From Flavobacterium sp. (GTDB taxonomy: Bacteria; Bacteroidota; Bacteroidia; Flavobacteriales; Flavobacteriaceae): a DNA stretch of 64,000 bases. The stretch lies in assembly GCA_008501705.1 (NCBI GenBank), contig QQUG01000022.1:922-64921 (forward strand), written 5' to 3'. Below the pieces are notes generated by a model. The model worked only from the letters and a program-made list of their open reading frames with translations, had not been told where the DNA came from and searched no databases. Shown here piece by piece: positions 1 to 9,202 of the stretch; within the stretch, counting starts at the first letter, position 1, and every line of letters begins with the position of its first letter. The position numbers and the translations under genes were made by a program.

Positions 1-1839
1 ACCTCCTAAATACAAGATATCCTGGTTATGCGAACTCAGTAAAATAGGGGTTTGCCAGTTAAACCGATACGGAGTTTCACCCAGTTCGTGTTTGGGTTGA
101 ATATAGGTCTGATCATCTGTTTCGAGGTTTAGCCGGAAATAATTTCCAAATTGAAAACCTGTGTACACCACATTGGTATTTCTACTATCGATCTGTACTT
201 GCATCCCGTCGCCACCCATAATAGATTTATATGGATTCTCGCCGCTTTGATGCCAGCGATTATTCATTTCGGCGTTATGAGCCCCCTTCCAAACTCCGTT
301 ATCCTGAAGACCCCCATATACATTATATGGTTTCTCATCGTCCACATTAACGGTATAGAACTGTCCTACTGCAGGGGCATTGTTCTTGACCCAGGTCTCA
401 CCATCATCGTACGAAATATTTACACCACCATCATTTCCATTGATAAGATGCCCGGATAAATTCGGATTTATCCAAAGTGCATGATGGTCTGCATGTACAT
501 TATCGGCACTGATGGACTCGAATGATTTTCCTCCATCAGCCGATTTTAAAATAGGTACTCCATAAATATATATCTTATCTGAATTGTTAGGGTCCACGTG
601 TATCTTTCCGAAGTAATATCCATAAGAATAATAGATCCCGTCCAGGTAGCCATCATGTGTTTTCTTCCAGTTCTTACCTCCATCTGTACTCTTGTAAACC
701 TCAGCTCCAATTACAGGAGTGTCGAATAACATCGTATTGGCATCCTCGAGATAGCGCGCAAGATCTACGGGCTTCGCCTTTCCGCTCTTAACCATGTTTT
801 TTACACTTTCGGCGGTATATTTCTTCTGAAATCCGTTTTGCCTTAAGAAGGTTTTAAGCCTGTTGTTATCAAGCCCCATGAACTGAGAGGTCGTCATGGT
901 CTTGAAATCATCTTTCAACAACATCCCATCATTAGATTCCATCTTCTTTTCTTCTTTTCTTCGGAATTGATTGTCGTGAATTGCATACACCGTATTGGCA
1001 TCCACTACGGCCAGACCAATACGTCCTACTCCTTCACCCACCGGAAAACCACTTCCGTCTACGGTGATTTTGGTCCAGGTATTTCCAGCATCCGTACTTT
1101 TATAGATAGCACTCGCGTTTCCATTGCCCCTGAAATTCCAGGCTTTTCTGTCTTTATCCCAGGCGGCCGCATACATCAGGTTCCAGTTGTTGGGGTCTAC
1201 ATCCATTTCAATGATCCCGGTCTCATCGTTCACAAATAGGGTTTTGTTCCAGGAGGCTCCTCCATCTATGGTTTTGTATACTCCTCTTTCATTATTTTTT
1301 GAATACAAATGGCCTACTGCACTTACCACAACCTCATCGGGATTGTTGGGATTGATCATGATCTTACTAATATGGTGCGCATCGCTAAGACCCATATTCT
1401 TCCAGGACTTCCCTCCATCTTCAGAAAGAAGTAGGCCGATACCGGCATAGGACGAACGAGACGAATTTACTTCTCCGGTACCTACCCAGAGCCTGTTATT
1501 CTTCCAATCCATGGCAAGACTACCTACATTTTGCGTCGCACTCGAATCCAGTACGGGCTCGAAGGAAGTCCCGTTATTGCGGGTATGCCACACGCCGCCA
1601 CTTGCGTAACCTACATAAAATTCTACGGGATTGTCGGGGTTAACGGAAAAATCGACTACCCGGCCGCTCATTATGGTAGGCCCGATACTTTTAAAGGGTA
1701 AATTTTTAACAAGGGAAGATTGAGCAAGTTGAGCTTTTTGTTGAATACCTTTTTCCACTTCGGAAGCAGGCGTAGCTGCCGGTTGTGCAAAGAGGCTGAA
1801 TGTAAATAGGAGGAAGCTAAAAATGATTAGTTTTTTCAT
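1..1839 (-). CDS. Secreted BNR/Asp-box (VPS10/sortilin-like, sialidase-fold) glycosyl-hydrolase-like beta-propeller protein, 5' part only (runs off the window start)
   Basis: Not in the ORF track because it has no stop in the window. Manual minus-strand translation from ATG at 1839 gives MKKLIIFSFLLFTFSLFAQ (signal peptide), then IGPTIMSGRVVD, YVGYASGGVWHTRNNGTSF and LWVGTGEVNSSRSSYAGIG. The same frame reads NWQTPILLSSHNQDILYLGG at the window start, typical of this Bacteroidota family. I did not check every intervening codon. Confidence 0.8.
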   Translation of the reverse strand, partial: MKKLIIFSFLLFTFSLFAQPAATPASEVEKGIQQKAQLAQSSLVKNLPFKSIGPTIMSGRVVDFSVNPDNPVEFYVGYASGGVWHTRNNGTSFEPVLDSSATQNVGSLAMDWKNNRLWVGTGEVNSSRSSYAGIGLLLSEDGGKSWKNMGLSDAHHISKIMINPNNPDEVVVSAVGHLYSKNNERGVYKTIDGGASWNKTLFVNDETGIIEMDVDPNNWNLMYAAAWDKDRKAWNFRGNGNASAIYKSTDAGNTWTKITVDGSGFPVGEGVGRIGLAVVDANTVYAIHDNQFRRKEEKKMESNDGMLLKDDFKTMTTSQFMGLDNNRLKTFLRQNGFQKKYTAESVKNMVKSGKAKPVDLARYLEDANTMLFDTPVIGAEVYKSTDGGKNWKKTHDGYLDGIYYSYGYYFGKIHVDPNNSDKIYIYGVPILKSADGGKSFESISADNVHADHHALWINPNLSGHLINGNDGGVNISYDDGETWVKNNAPAVGQFYTVNVDDEKPYNVYGGLQDNGVWKGAHNAEMNNRWHQSGENPYKSIMGGDGMQVQIDSRNTNVVYTGFQFGNYFRLNLETDDQTYIQPKHELGETPYRFNWQTPILLSSHNQDILYLGG

Positions 1840-1952
1840 ATTGGTGGATTTTCAGAATTTGAAAGTACAGAAATGCAAACTGATTGCAAAATATTCGGAA
1901 GTTGTATTTCCATTAATTAAATTCGAAATTTTATTCAAAGCACAAATTGCTG

Positions 1953-1960
1953 TATTTTTG
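1953..1960 (+). promoter_or_regulatory. Bacteroidota sigma70 -7 element (TATTTTTG) upstream of pepP
   Basis: Exact TAnnTTTG match 22 nt before ATG 1983. Confidence 0.55.
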
Positions 1961-1982
1961 AATCTATTCTGAAAAGCTTTCT

Positions 1983-3275
1983 ATGAAATACCAACCCATA
2001 AACAATACGCTGTATATAAAAAACCGCAGAAATTTCATGGCTGAAATGAAACCCAAAAGTCTCGCGGTGTTCAACAGCAATGATATTTACCCCATTAGTG
2101 CGGATAGTACAATGCCCTTTCAGCAACACAGAGATATACTATATTTGAGTGGTGTAGACCAGGAGGAAAGTATCTTGTTACTGTTTCCCGATGCTGTTGA
2201 AGAAAAACACAGGGAAGTACTCTTCCTAAGGGAAACGAACGAACATATCGCTGTATGGGAAGGAGAGAAGTTAACAAAGGAGAAAGCCCACGAAGTTAGT
2301 GGCGTGAAGACTGTTTACTGGTTGTCTGATTTCGACAAAATATTCTTCGAACTCATGACCCAGGCAGAGACGATCTATTTTAACACTAACGAACATTACC
2401 GCCAGTCTGTAGAAACCGAAACGCGTGAAGCTCGTTTTATAAAAGCTACCAAGGAGAAGTTTCCGGCGCATAACTGGGCGAAAAGCAATCCTATTTTACA
2501 AAGGTTGAGAGCGGTAAAAGATCCGTTGGAAATTAAAGTGCTGCAACAAGCATGCGATATTACAGAAAAAGGCTTTAGACGTGTACTTCAATTTGTAAAA
2601 CCAGATGTTTGGGAGTATGAGATCGAGGCGGAGTTTATGCACGAGTTTCTTAGAAACCGCTCCGATGGTTTCGCCTACACCCCGATTATCGCTAGTGGAA
2701 ACAACGCCAACGTATTGCACTATATTGAAAACAACCAGCAATGTAAAGCGGGTGATCTTATTCTAATGGATGTAGGAGCGTCGTATGCAAACTACAGTAG
2801 CGATATGACGCGCACCATACCAGTGAGCGGAACCTATAGTAAGCGACAACGGGAAGTGTATAATTCGGTGTTGCACGTGAAGAACGAAGCCACCAAATTA
2901 CTGGTTCCGGGTGCATTTTGGAAAGAATATCACGTTGAGGTAGGGAAATTAATGACATCTGAGTTGCTAAAACTAGGTTTGCTCGACAAGGCCGACGTAC
3001 AAAATGAAGACCCGGACTGGCCGGCCTATAAAAAATATTTTATGCACGGCACAAGTCATCATATGGGACTGGATACTCATGATTACGGTATATTATGGGA
3101 ACCTATCAAAGCCGGAATGGTATTTACGGTAGAGCCCGGGATTTATATCCCTGAAGAAGGATTTGGGATTAGACTGGAAGATGATGTTGTTATTCAGGAA
3201 AAGGGCGAACCTTTTAACCTGATGAGAAATATTCCAATAGAGGCCGAAGAGATCGAAGACCTTATGAATTCCTGA
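1983..3275 (+). CDS. pepP: Xaa-Pro aminopeptidase (aminopeptidase P, M24B)
   Basis: Pita-bread metal ligand motifs DVGA..YSSD, HGTSHHMGLDTHD, TVEPGIY and IRLEDD, plus the N-terminal AMP_N region QHRDILYLSGVDQEES. Confidence 0.92.
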   Translation: MKYQPINNTLYIKNRRNFMAEMKPKSLAVFNSNDIYPISADSTMPFQQHRDILYLSGVDQEESILLLFPDAVEEKHREVLFLRETNEHIAVWEGEKLTKEKAHEVSGVKTVYWLSDFDKIFFELMTQAETIYFNTNEHYRQSVETETREARFIKATKEKFPAHNWAKSNPILQRLRAVKDPLEIKVLQQACDITEKGFRRVLQFVKPDVWEYEIEAEFMHEFLRNRSDGFAYTPIIASGNNANVLHYIENNQQCKAGDLILMDVGASYANYSSDMTRTIPVSGTYSKRQREVYNSVLHVKNEATKLLVPGAFWKEYHVEVGKLMTSELLKLGLLDKADVQNEDPDWPAYKKYFMHGTSHHMGLDTHDYGILWEPIKAGMVFTVEPGIYIPEEGFGIRLEDDVVIQEKGEPFNLMRNIPIEAEEIEDLMNS

Positions 3276-3303
3276 TCCAATAAAGATCAATGAGATTAAA
3301 ATG

Positions 3304-3336
3304 AAAACGGCTATCCGGAATGCGGATAGCCGTTTT
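3304..3336. terminator. Bidirectional intrinsic terminator
   Basis: Perfect 14-bp inverted repeat AAAACGGCTATCCG-gaatg-CGGATAGCCGTTTT between convergent genes. Confidence 0.85.
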
Positions 3337-3356
3337 TAGTTACACTGTATTTGGGG

Positions 3357-3653
3357 TTATACGTGTACTACACTGTTCTCGGTTGCAGCAAACTCGTTCC
3401 ATTGATAGCTGTCGGCCTGGTCGTCGTTAGTCCAGTTACCATCTACTACATATCTGAATTCGTAAGACTGGTCCTTATCCAGGGAAACAGTTCCTTTAAA
3501 AGATCCGTTCTTTAGTTTTTTAAGAGGGGTAGAATCTGCGTTCCACTCATTAAAAGATCCTGCAACTTTTACTTCATTCGCTTCGGCGGCAGGAACTGTA
3601 AAAGTCACTTTGCACACCGGCTTGCTCTTTAAATATTGCTTTGAAATAGCCAT
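3357..3653 (-). CDS. Stand-alone CBM48/isoamylase early-set (AMPK-beta-like glycogen-binding) domain protein
   Basis: VKVAGSFNEW, LKKLKNGSF, YEFRYVVDGNW: an E-set glycogen-binding signature, 98 aa. Confidence 0.85.
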   Translation of the reverse strand: MAISKQYLKSKPVCKVTFTVPAAEANEVKVAGSFNEWNADSTPLKKLKNGSFKGTVSLDKDQSYEFRYVVDGNWTNDDQADSYQWNEFAATENSVVHV

Positions 3654-3905
3654 GATTTTAATGTTTTTAATTTGAGGTAAATCTATGATACAAATTCTTT
3701 ATTCCAAACACTTAACTTGTAAAATATCAGTGTTTTACGAATTATTCAAAAAGTGATCTCACTTTTTAAGAACTTGCAAATAAAGAGGGGTATAAAAAAT
3801 GGAATTCGCAATGAATTACCCTCAAATTTAATGTCGAATCCAGCACTATAAATAACTATATCGTTTGCGAAAAAATCGGTATTTGCTTCTTAGGGTAAAA
3901 AAACG

Positions 3906-5222
3906 TCAAATTCGCTCATTTTCCATTTCAGGATGCTGAGATTTTCCCTTGGATGCGCCGTATAGATTTGACAGGAAAAATGTGATCAAGAAGGGCAATA
4001 TCCAACCCATATGATCATGGGATAGTGGAATATACGTCCTGATCGATTCCAAAATATGTTGAGGTATTAATTGCAGCTTGAGAGTTGCTGCAAAGTCGGG
4101 AATGCTAAAAATGATGGTGGTGATCACGGTAGCTCGATACACTAATTTACTCGTTAACCTGTCTGGTAAAACACTTAGGATGATCAAGACTATGGTAATT
4201 GGATAGATGAACATAAGGGCGGGAATGGCCACATCGATAATATAACCCACAGTTTTCTGTCCTACTAAAACTCCTATAATACAGCCTGTAACAGCAGTGA
4301 TCACATAGGCCCTTTGCGAATTTCTGAAGACCCCTTTTACAAAGTCGGCCGTTCCTGTTACTATTCCAACGGCAGTTGTAAAGCACGCAAGTGCAACCAG
4401 AACAGCCAGAAAAGCCGTACCCACATCACCAAGAGAGTTTATGCATAAGAACAGAAGTAGTTCGGTGCGATCTTCAACCAGCATGGAACCACTTTGCCAT
4501 GCCCCCAATGCGATGAGGCCTGCATAAATAATAAACAAGCCCAGCCCGGCCAGCAGGCCCGATTTGGCGATCATTTTCCGTTGGTCATGATATTTATATT
4601 TCCCTTGCAGACTAAAAGAAATAACGATTACGCCTCCCACTACTACCCCACCTATGGCGTCGAAAGTCTGGTAACCTTCAAGTATCCCGGAGACCAGCGT
4701 ATTGTCGAATATCGAGGAACGCAAGGATTCGGTATCGGTGTTGAGACCAAGGACAATTACCAGGAGTAAAATAAGAATGATCAAAGGAGTAAGATACTTT
4801 CCAATGATGCTCAGGATCTTGTTCCTGTTGAGTACAAATACAAGCACCAGTGAAAAATAGATTATACTCAGCCAGAGGGACGAAAGGTCGAAATAAGGCT
4901 CGATAGCCATTTCGTAGGCCATGGATGCTGTTCTTGGAGAAGGAAGTGAAACAGAGATCGCATACACAAGCACAGAGTAGACCAGGGCAAACCAGGGCGA
5001 GACCTTATTGGCAAAATCCAACATGGTCCCCTGTAAGCGGGCATGACCATATATAGCCATTATAGGAATAATTACCGCCGAAATAGCAAATCCAATGGCT
5101 ACCCAAAACCAACTCGATCCTGCGTTGTAGCCTAAATAAGGTGGTAAAATAAGATTCCCGGCTCCAAAAAAAAGAGAAAATAAGGCAAAAGCCGTGATCA
5201 CAATTTGCTTGCGTTGCGTCAT
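3906..5222 (-). CDS. brnQ: Branched-chain amino acid:cation symporter (LIVCS family)
   Basis: N-terminal FALFSLFFGAGNLILPP and EGYQTFDAIGG motifs; about 12 hydrophobic segments. Confidence 0.9.
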   Translation of the reverse strand: MTQRKQIVITAFALFSLFFGAGNLILPPYLGYNAGSSWFWVAIGFAISAVIIPIMAIYGHARLQGTMLDFANKVSPWFALVYSVLVYAISVSLPSPRTASMAYEMAIEPYFDLSSLWLSIIYFSLVLVFVLNRNKILSIIGKYLTPLIILILLLVIVLGLNTDTESLRSSIFDNTLVSGILEGYQTFDAIGGVVVGGVIVISFSLQGKYKYHDQRKMIAKSGLLAGLGLFIIYAGLIALGAWQSGSMLVEDRTELLLFLCINSLGDVGTAFLAVLVALACFTTAVGIVTGTADFVKGVFRNSQRAYVITAVTGCIIGVLVGQKTVGYIIDVAIPALMFIYPITIVLIILSVLPDRLTSKLVYRATVITTIIFSIPDFAATLKLQLIPQHILESIRTYIPLSHDHMGWILPFLITFFLSNLYGASKGKSQHPEMENERI

Positions 5223-5251
5223 TAACAGATATTTGCCATGAAGATAGAAAA

Positions 5252-6022
5252 ATGATCTTTCCTTACAACGACGGAACTATTTATTATGATATTCAAGGTG
5301 AAGGGCCTGCAGTATTGTTATTGCACGGATTTCTGGAAGACCTTGGGATGTGGGATGAGCTGGCAGGATTTCTTCTGAAGAATTTCACCGTTATCCGCTT
5401 GGACCTTCCCGGACATGGACGATCCAGTGTCTATCACGAAATACACAGCATGGAATTTATGGCCGAAGTTGCACATGAACTGTTACAGGATTTGGACCTG
5501 GAATCGGTAAGCCTTATAGGGCATTCTATGGGTGGCTATGTTGCCCTTGCATTTCTTGAGTTATTTCCTTCGGAAGTGCGGCAGATCGTTTTGCTTAATT
5601 CTTCACCTTATAATGATAGCCCCGAAAGACTGCTAAACAGGAAGCGGGCCCTGAAACTAATTCCGAAGAATAAAAAGTTATTTGTCACCGTTTCCATACT
5701 GAACTTGTTCGCCGAAGACCGCCGTGAAGATCTCGCTTCAGAAATTTCTGCCCTTCAGCAGCAGGCGCTAACTATTCCCACGGAAGGAATCTTAGCCGCA
5801 ATACGTGGAATGATGGAACGAAAGGACCGCCGTTCTGTACTGAAGAAATTTCGGGATTCAAAATATTTGATCGCCGGCACCAAGGACGAAGTGATCCCGA
5901 TTTCTGATTCTGAAAGAACAGCAAAAGAAACAGGATGCACCCTGATTAAAATAGAAAGTGGCCACATGACACTAATTGAAAATGTTAAAGTAATTCATGA
6001 AATTGTGCATTTCATCGAATAA
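5252..6022 (+). CDS. Alpha/beta-fold hydrolase
   Basis: LLLHGFLE oxyanion motif, DLPGHG, GHSMGG nucleophile elbow, GTKD acid and SGH catalytic His. Confidence 0.88.
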   Translation: MIFPYNDGTIYYDIQGEGPAVLLLHGFLEDLGMWDELAGFLLKNFTVIRLDLPGHGRSSVYHEIHSMEFMAEVAHELLQDLDLESVSLIGHSMGGYVALAFLELFPSEVRQIVLLNSSPYNDSPERLLNRKRALKLIPKNKKLFVTVSILNLFAEDRREDLASEISALQQQALTIPTEGILAAIRGMMERKDRRSVLKKFRDSKYLIAGTKDEVIPISDSERTAKETGCTLIKIESGHMTLIENVKVIHEIVHFIE

Positions 6023-6089
6023 TTTATGTCTTTTGTCGATTTTTTAAATTAAAATTCTATATTAGGGTATTAAAATAAAGCCCTGATAT

Positions 6090-6335
6090 ATGAAATCCTC
6101 CCCAAAAAAGCACCTTTCGCTATCCAACCTTGTGTGCGTAGCCTTCGGACATGATTACATTATCACCCGAAAAGTAACCAACCATATTAATGAGTATAAA
6201 TGCTCTCACTGCGGCCGTGAAGTGGCCGAAAACGATACGGGACATCTGGAGATACTTACCCAGAAACTTAAGAATACCAATTCTTGCCTGGCGACCTTCT
6301 TTCAGAAGAAAAATAGAAAAATTTCGACATTATGA
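6090..6335 (+). CDS. Small Cys/His (putative Zn-ribbon) protein
   Basis: C-x3-GH...EYKCSHC motif; paralogous to the next ORF. Confidence 0.65.
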   Translation: MKSSPKKHLSLSNLVCVAFGHDYIITRKVTNHINEYKCSHCGREVAENDTGHLEILTQKLKNTNSCLATFFQKKNRKISTL

Positions 6336-6535
6336 AGCATTTGCGTTGCAAGATTAAAGGTCATAATCTTTCGCTAGTATCAAAACAACAAATTCCTATT
6401 CAAGAATACGAATGCACTCACTGCCATCAGAAATTCACCAAAGATGGGTATGGCAGAATAGTAAAATTTACGAGTTACTGGGAAAAGAATCACGAATTCT
6501 TCCAGAATCACTTTCAGAAACAAATCTTGTCCTGA
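6332..6535 (+). CDS. Small Cys/His (putative Zn-ribbon) protein, paralog of the preceding ORF
   Basis: C-x3-GH...EYECTHC motif; ATGA start/stop overlap with the previous gene. Confidence 0.65.
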   Translation: MKHLRCKIKGHNLSLVSKQQIPIQEYECTHCHQKFTKDGYGRIVKFTSYWEKNHEFFQNHFQKQILS

Positions 6536-7591
6536 TCATTCCTCTTCACTAAGCGCGTTCCACCCACGAGCAATAAGTGGTATTTTGGTATTTGCCCGGG
6601 TTATAAGATGCGCCCCTTCCTTTTGGGCTGTAATATGCCCGATCACAGTTAAATTTGGATTTCCTTTAATCTTTGGAAAATCCTCCTGTTTCATAGTAAA
6701 TAGCAATTCATAATCTTCCCCTCCGCTAAGGGCAATAGTTGTACTATCGAGGTTAAATTCTTCGCAGGTATTGATAACCTGGGGATCCAGGGGGATCTTA
6801 TCCTCGTATAAATTACAGCCAACCTTCGATTGTTCACATAAATGAAGGATCTCGGAGGACAAACCGTCACTTATATCTATCATTGCCGTGGGCAGCACAC
6901 CCAGATCGGCTAGTAATTTTGGGATGTCCTTCCTGGCTTCCGGTTTCAATTGTCGTTCTACCAAATACGTATAGGGTTCCAGATCAGGTTGTGCGTTAGG
7001 ATTAACTTCGAACACTTTCTTTTCTCTTTCTAAAACCTGAAGGCCAAGATAAGCAGCTCCAAGATCTCCGGTAACCACCAGCAGATCGTTCTCTGAAGCT
7101 CCGCTTCTGTAGGTGATGTTCTTCTTATCGGCCATCCCAATAGCGGTTATACTAATAACAAGTCCCGACGTGGAGGACGTGGTATCGCCTCCTACCACAT
7201 CGACATCGTAAATCCTGGCAGCAGTTTCTATCCCGCTGTACAGGGCTTCAACTGCCTCCACAGGAAACCGATTGGATAAAGCAATAGATATTGTAATTTG
7301 AGAAGCCTGAGCGTTCATAGCGTATATGTCGGATAGATTCACCACCACGGCCTTGTAGCCTAAGTGCTTAAGCGGCATATAGCTAAGATCAAAATGGACC
7401 CCTTCAATTAGCATATCGGTGGTTACAACGATCTCTTTCCCTTTGGCAGGACCAATCACAGCTGCATCATCTCCAATTCCTTTTACGGTAGATTGGTGAG
7501 TAATTTTAAAATTTCCGGTTAGGTGGGATATGAGCCCGAACTCACCTAGTTCAGAAATGGCGGTTCTTGATTGATCTTTTTCTTCAAACAT
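6536..7591 (-). CDS. thiL: Thiamine-monophosphate kinase
   Basis: LGEFGLI, IGDDAA, NLSDIYAM, GGDT, IDISDGLSSE and GGEDYEL PurM-fold motifs. Confidence 0.95.
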   Translation of the reverse strand: MFEEKDQSRTAISELGEFGLISHLTGNFKITHQSTVKGIGDDAAVIGPAKGKEIVVTTDMLIEGVHFDLSYMPLKHLGYKAVVVNLSDIYAMNAQASQITISIALSNRFPVEAVEALYSGIETAARIYDVDVVGGDTTSSTSGLVISITAIGMADKKNITYRSGASENDLLVVTGDLGAAYLGLQVLEREKKVFEVNPNAQPDLEPYTYLVERQLKPEARKDIPKLLADLGVLPTAMIDISDGLSSEILHLCEQSKVGCNLYEDKIPLDPQVINTCEEFNLDSTTIALSGGEDYELLFTMKQEDFPKIKGNPNLTVIGHITAQKEGAHLITRANTKIPLIARGWNALSEEE

Positions 7592-7609
7592 AGTCTATTA
7601 ATTGCAGTG

Positions 7610-7617
7610 CAAAAGTA
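7610..7617 (-). promoter_or_regulatory. -7 element (TACTTTTG) for thiL
   Basis: CAAAAGTA on the plus strand, 18 nt upstream of the thiL start. Confidence 0.55.
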
Positions 7618-7634
7618 CTGCTTAGAATTAAAGA

Positions 7635-7667
7635 ATTTCAGAAATAATTGATATTTCAGAAATAATT
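7635..7667. repeat. Two perfect 15-nt direct repeats ATTTCAGAAATAATT (18-nt period) in the divergent promoter region
   Basis: Copies at 7635-7649 and 7653-7667; each contains the palindrome ATTTC-A-GAAAT. Confidence 0.8.
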
Positions 7668-7767
7668 CTTTTTGGTAAAACGCTGCTAAATGTCTGCATT
7701 TATAAAAGCCGACCCTGTTATTTTGCAGGCCAGAGCCATCTTAAGTACATTTAACAAATTTTCATTC

Positions 7768-9015
7768 ATGAAATTTATTATTGCAGTGTCTATTGCCGGT
7801 TTATTCCTCTTTGGATGCGCCGGGGATGATGGATTCCGCATCCCCGAAAATGCACAGATAACCAATGAGAATGACAGCATCCCGGCACCGGTTCAATATC
7901 CATTGTCTGCCCAATGTGTGAACGGCTCTGCCGGGGGATTTTCCTGCAGGGGCTATAACCTTATAAGCCGTGTAGAATTGGGCACGATGGGTGCCACGAC
8001 TGGGAACGATTGCTGGGGATGGACAGATCCAACCACGGGGATAGAATACGCCATAATGGGGCTGGACAGCGGAACCACTTTTATAGATATTTCAGATCCC
8101 TCTAATCCGGTGTACCTTGGGAAGGTACCCACACAGACTTCGGCGTCTTCCTGGCGGGATGTGAAAGTTTACAATAATCATGCTTTTATCGTGAGTGAGG
8201 CGGCTGGTCACGGGATGCAGGTTTTCGATCTTACCCGCTTGCGGGATGTTCCCAGTCCTCCAGCCAACTTTAGCGCCAATGCAGTGTATACAGGCTTCGG
8301 AAACGCCCACAATATCGTGATAAACGAAAACAGCGGATATGCGTATGCTGTGGGGACAAGCACTTACAATGGAGGACCTCATTTTATTAATATTCAAAAC
8401 CCTGTAGATCCGCAACCCGCCGGAGGCTATAGCATGGACTCATACAGCCATGATGCACAGGTGGTCACTTATAGTGGTCCCGACACAGACCATACAGGAT
8501 CTGAGATCCTCATTGGGAGCAATGAGAACGAGCTTGTTATTGTAGATATCACAGACAAATCCAACCCAGAGCGGATCGCAACTGTTTCTTACACGCAGAC
8601 CGGTTATACCCATCAAGGCTGGTTTACAGAAGACCAGCGCTACTTTATTGCAGGGGACGAATTGGATGAGCTCGCTTTTGGGTTTAATTCTCGTACCCTT
8701 ATCTTCGATCTCAGCGATCTGGAAAATCCCGTATTATCCGGTGAATATTACGGCACCACAACTGCGATCGATCATAATGGATATGTAAAAGGAAACATAT
8801 ATTATTTATCTAATTACACGAGAGGACTCACCGAGATTGATATTACGGGTATTGCAAATGGAGATTTATACGAATCGGGATATTTCGACACCTATCCTGA
8901 AACTGATGCGGCGTCTTTTAACGGTGCCTGGAGTGTATATCCCTACTTCTCAAGTGGGAATATCGTAATTAGCGACATTAATCTGGGCTTTTTTCTTGTA
9001 AAGCGAGGAAATTGA
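7768..9015 (+). CDS. Choice-of-anchor B family (LVIVD-repeat-like propeller) lipoprotein, copy 1
   Basis: The start was moved from the track's 7690 to ATG 7768, giving the signal MKFIIAVSIAGLFLFG-C followed by acidic AGDD. Family motifs: NDCWGWTD, WRDVK, AHNIVIN, ELVIVDITD, THQGW, DHNGYV, GAWSVYPYF. No T9SS CTD. Confidence 0.85.
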   Translation: MKFIIAVSIAGLFLFGCAGDDGFRIPENAQITNENDSIPAPVQYPLSAQCVNGSAGGFSCRGYNLISRVELGTMGATTGNDCWGWTDPTTGIEYAIMGLDSGTTFIDISDPSNPVYLGKVPTQTSASSWRDVKVYNNHAFIVSEAAGHGMQVFDLTRLRDVPSPPANFSANAVYTGFGNAHNIVINENSGYAYAVGTSTYNGGPHFINIQNPVDPQPAGGYSMDSYSHDAQVVTYSGPDTDHTGSEILIGSNENELVIVDITDKSNPERIATVSYTQTGYTHQGWFTEDQRYFIAGDELDELAFGFNSRTLIFDLSDLENPVLSGEYYGTTTAIDHNGYVKGNIYYLSNYTRGLTEIDITGIANGDLYESGYFDTYPETDAASFNGAWSVYPYFSSGNIVISDINLGFFLVKRGN

Positions 9016-9079
9016 TCATGAACCCTCTAGAAATGGGTTAATTAACATCTAAAACAGTTGGTCATATTACATATTTTTC

Positions 9080-9087
9080 TACTTTTG
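9080..9087 (+). promoter_or_regulatory. -7 element (TACTTTTG) upstream of copy 2, followed by an imperfect palindrome at 9094-9112
   Basis: Exact TAnnTTTG match; TTTCGAAAA-A-TTTTTGAAA lies just downstream. Confidence 0.4.
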
Positions 9088-9202
9088 GAATGATTTCGAA
9101 AAATTTTTGAAAGAAATTCAGATAAAATAGATTTTTAATACATTTTCAATAATCAATCGACGAGTTCCTCAAATCATAAACAACCCAAGTTAAACACAAC
9201 CT

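Noticed and set aside
151-1450. Plus-strand ORFs of 90-108 aa
   Set aside because: Antisense shadows of the long minus-strand BNR-propeller gene; no recognisable motifs.
6090-6535. Prophage remnant
   Set aside because: No integrase, structural or replication genes, att sites or compositional shift nearby; kept only as a small-protein finding.
7690-7767. N-terminal extension of copy 1 in the ORF track
   Set aside because: ATG 7768 yields a canonical lipoprotein signal; the extension would bury it.
7592-7767. TPP riboswitch upstream of thiL
   Set aside because: The region is short and AT-rich and lacks the TGAGA/GCTGA TPP aptamer cores; thiL has a promoter 18 nt from its start.
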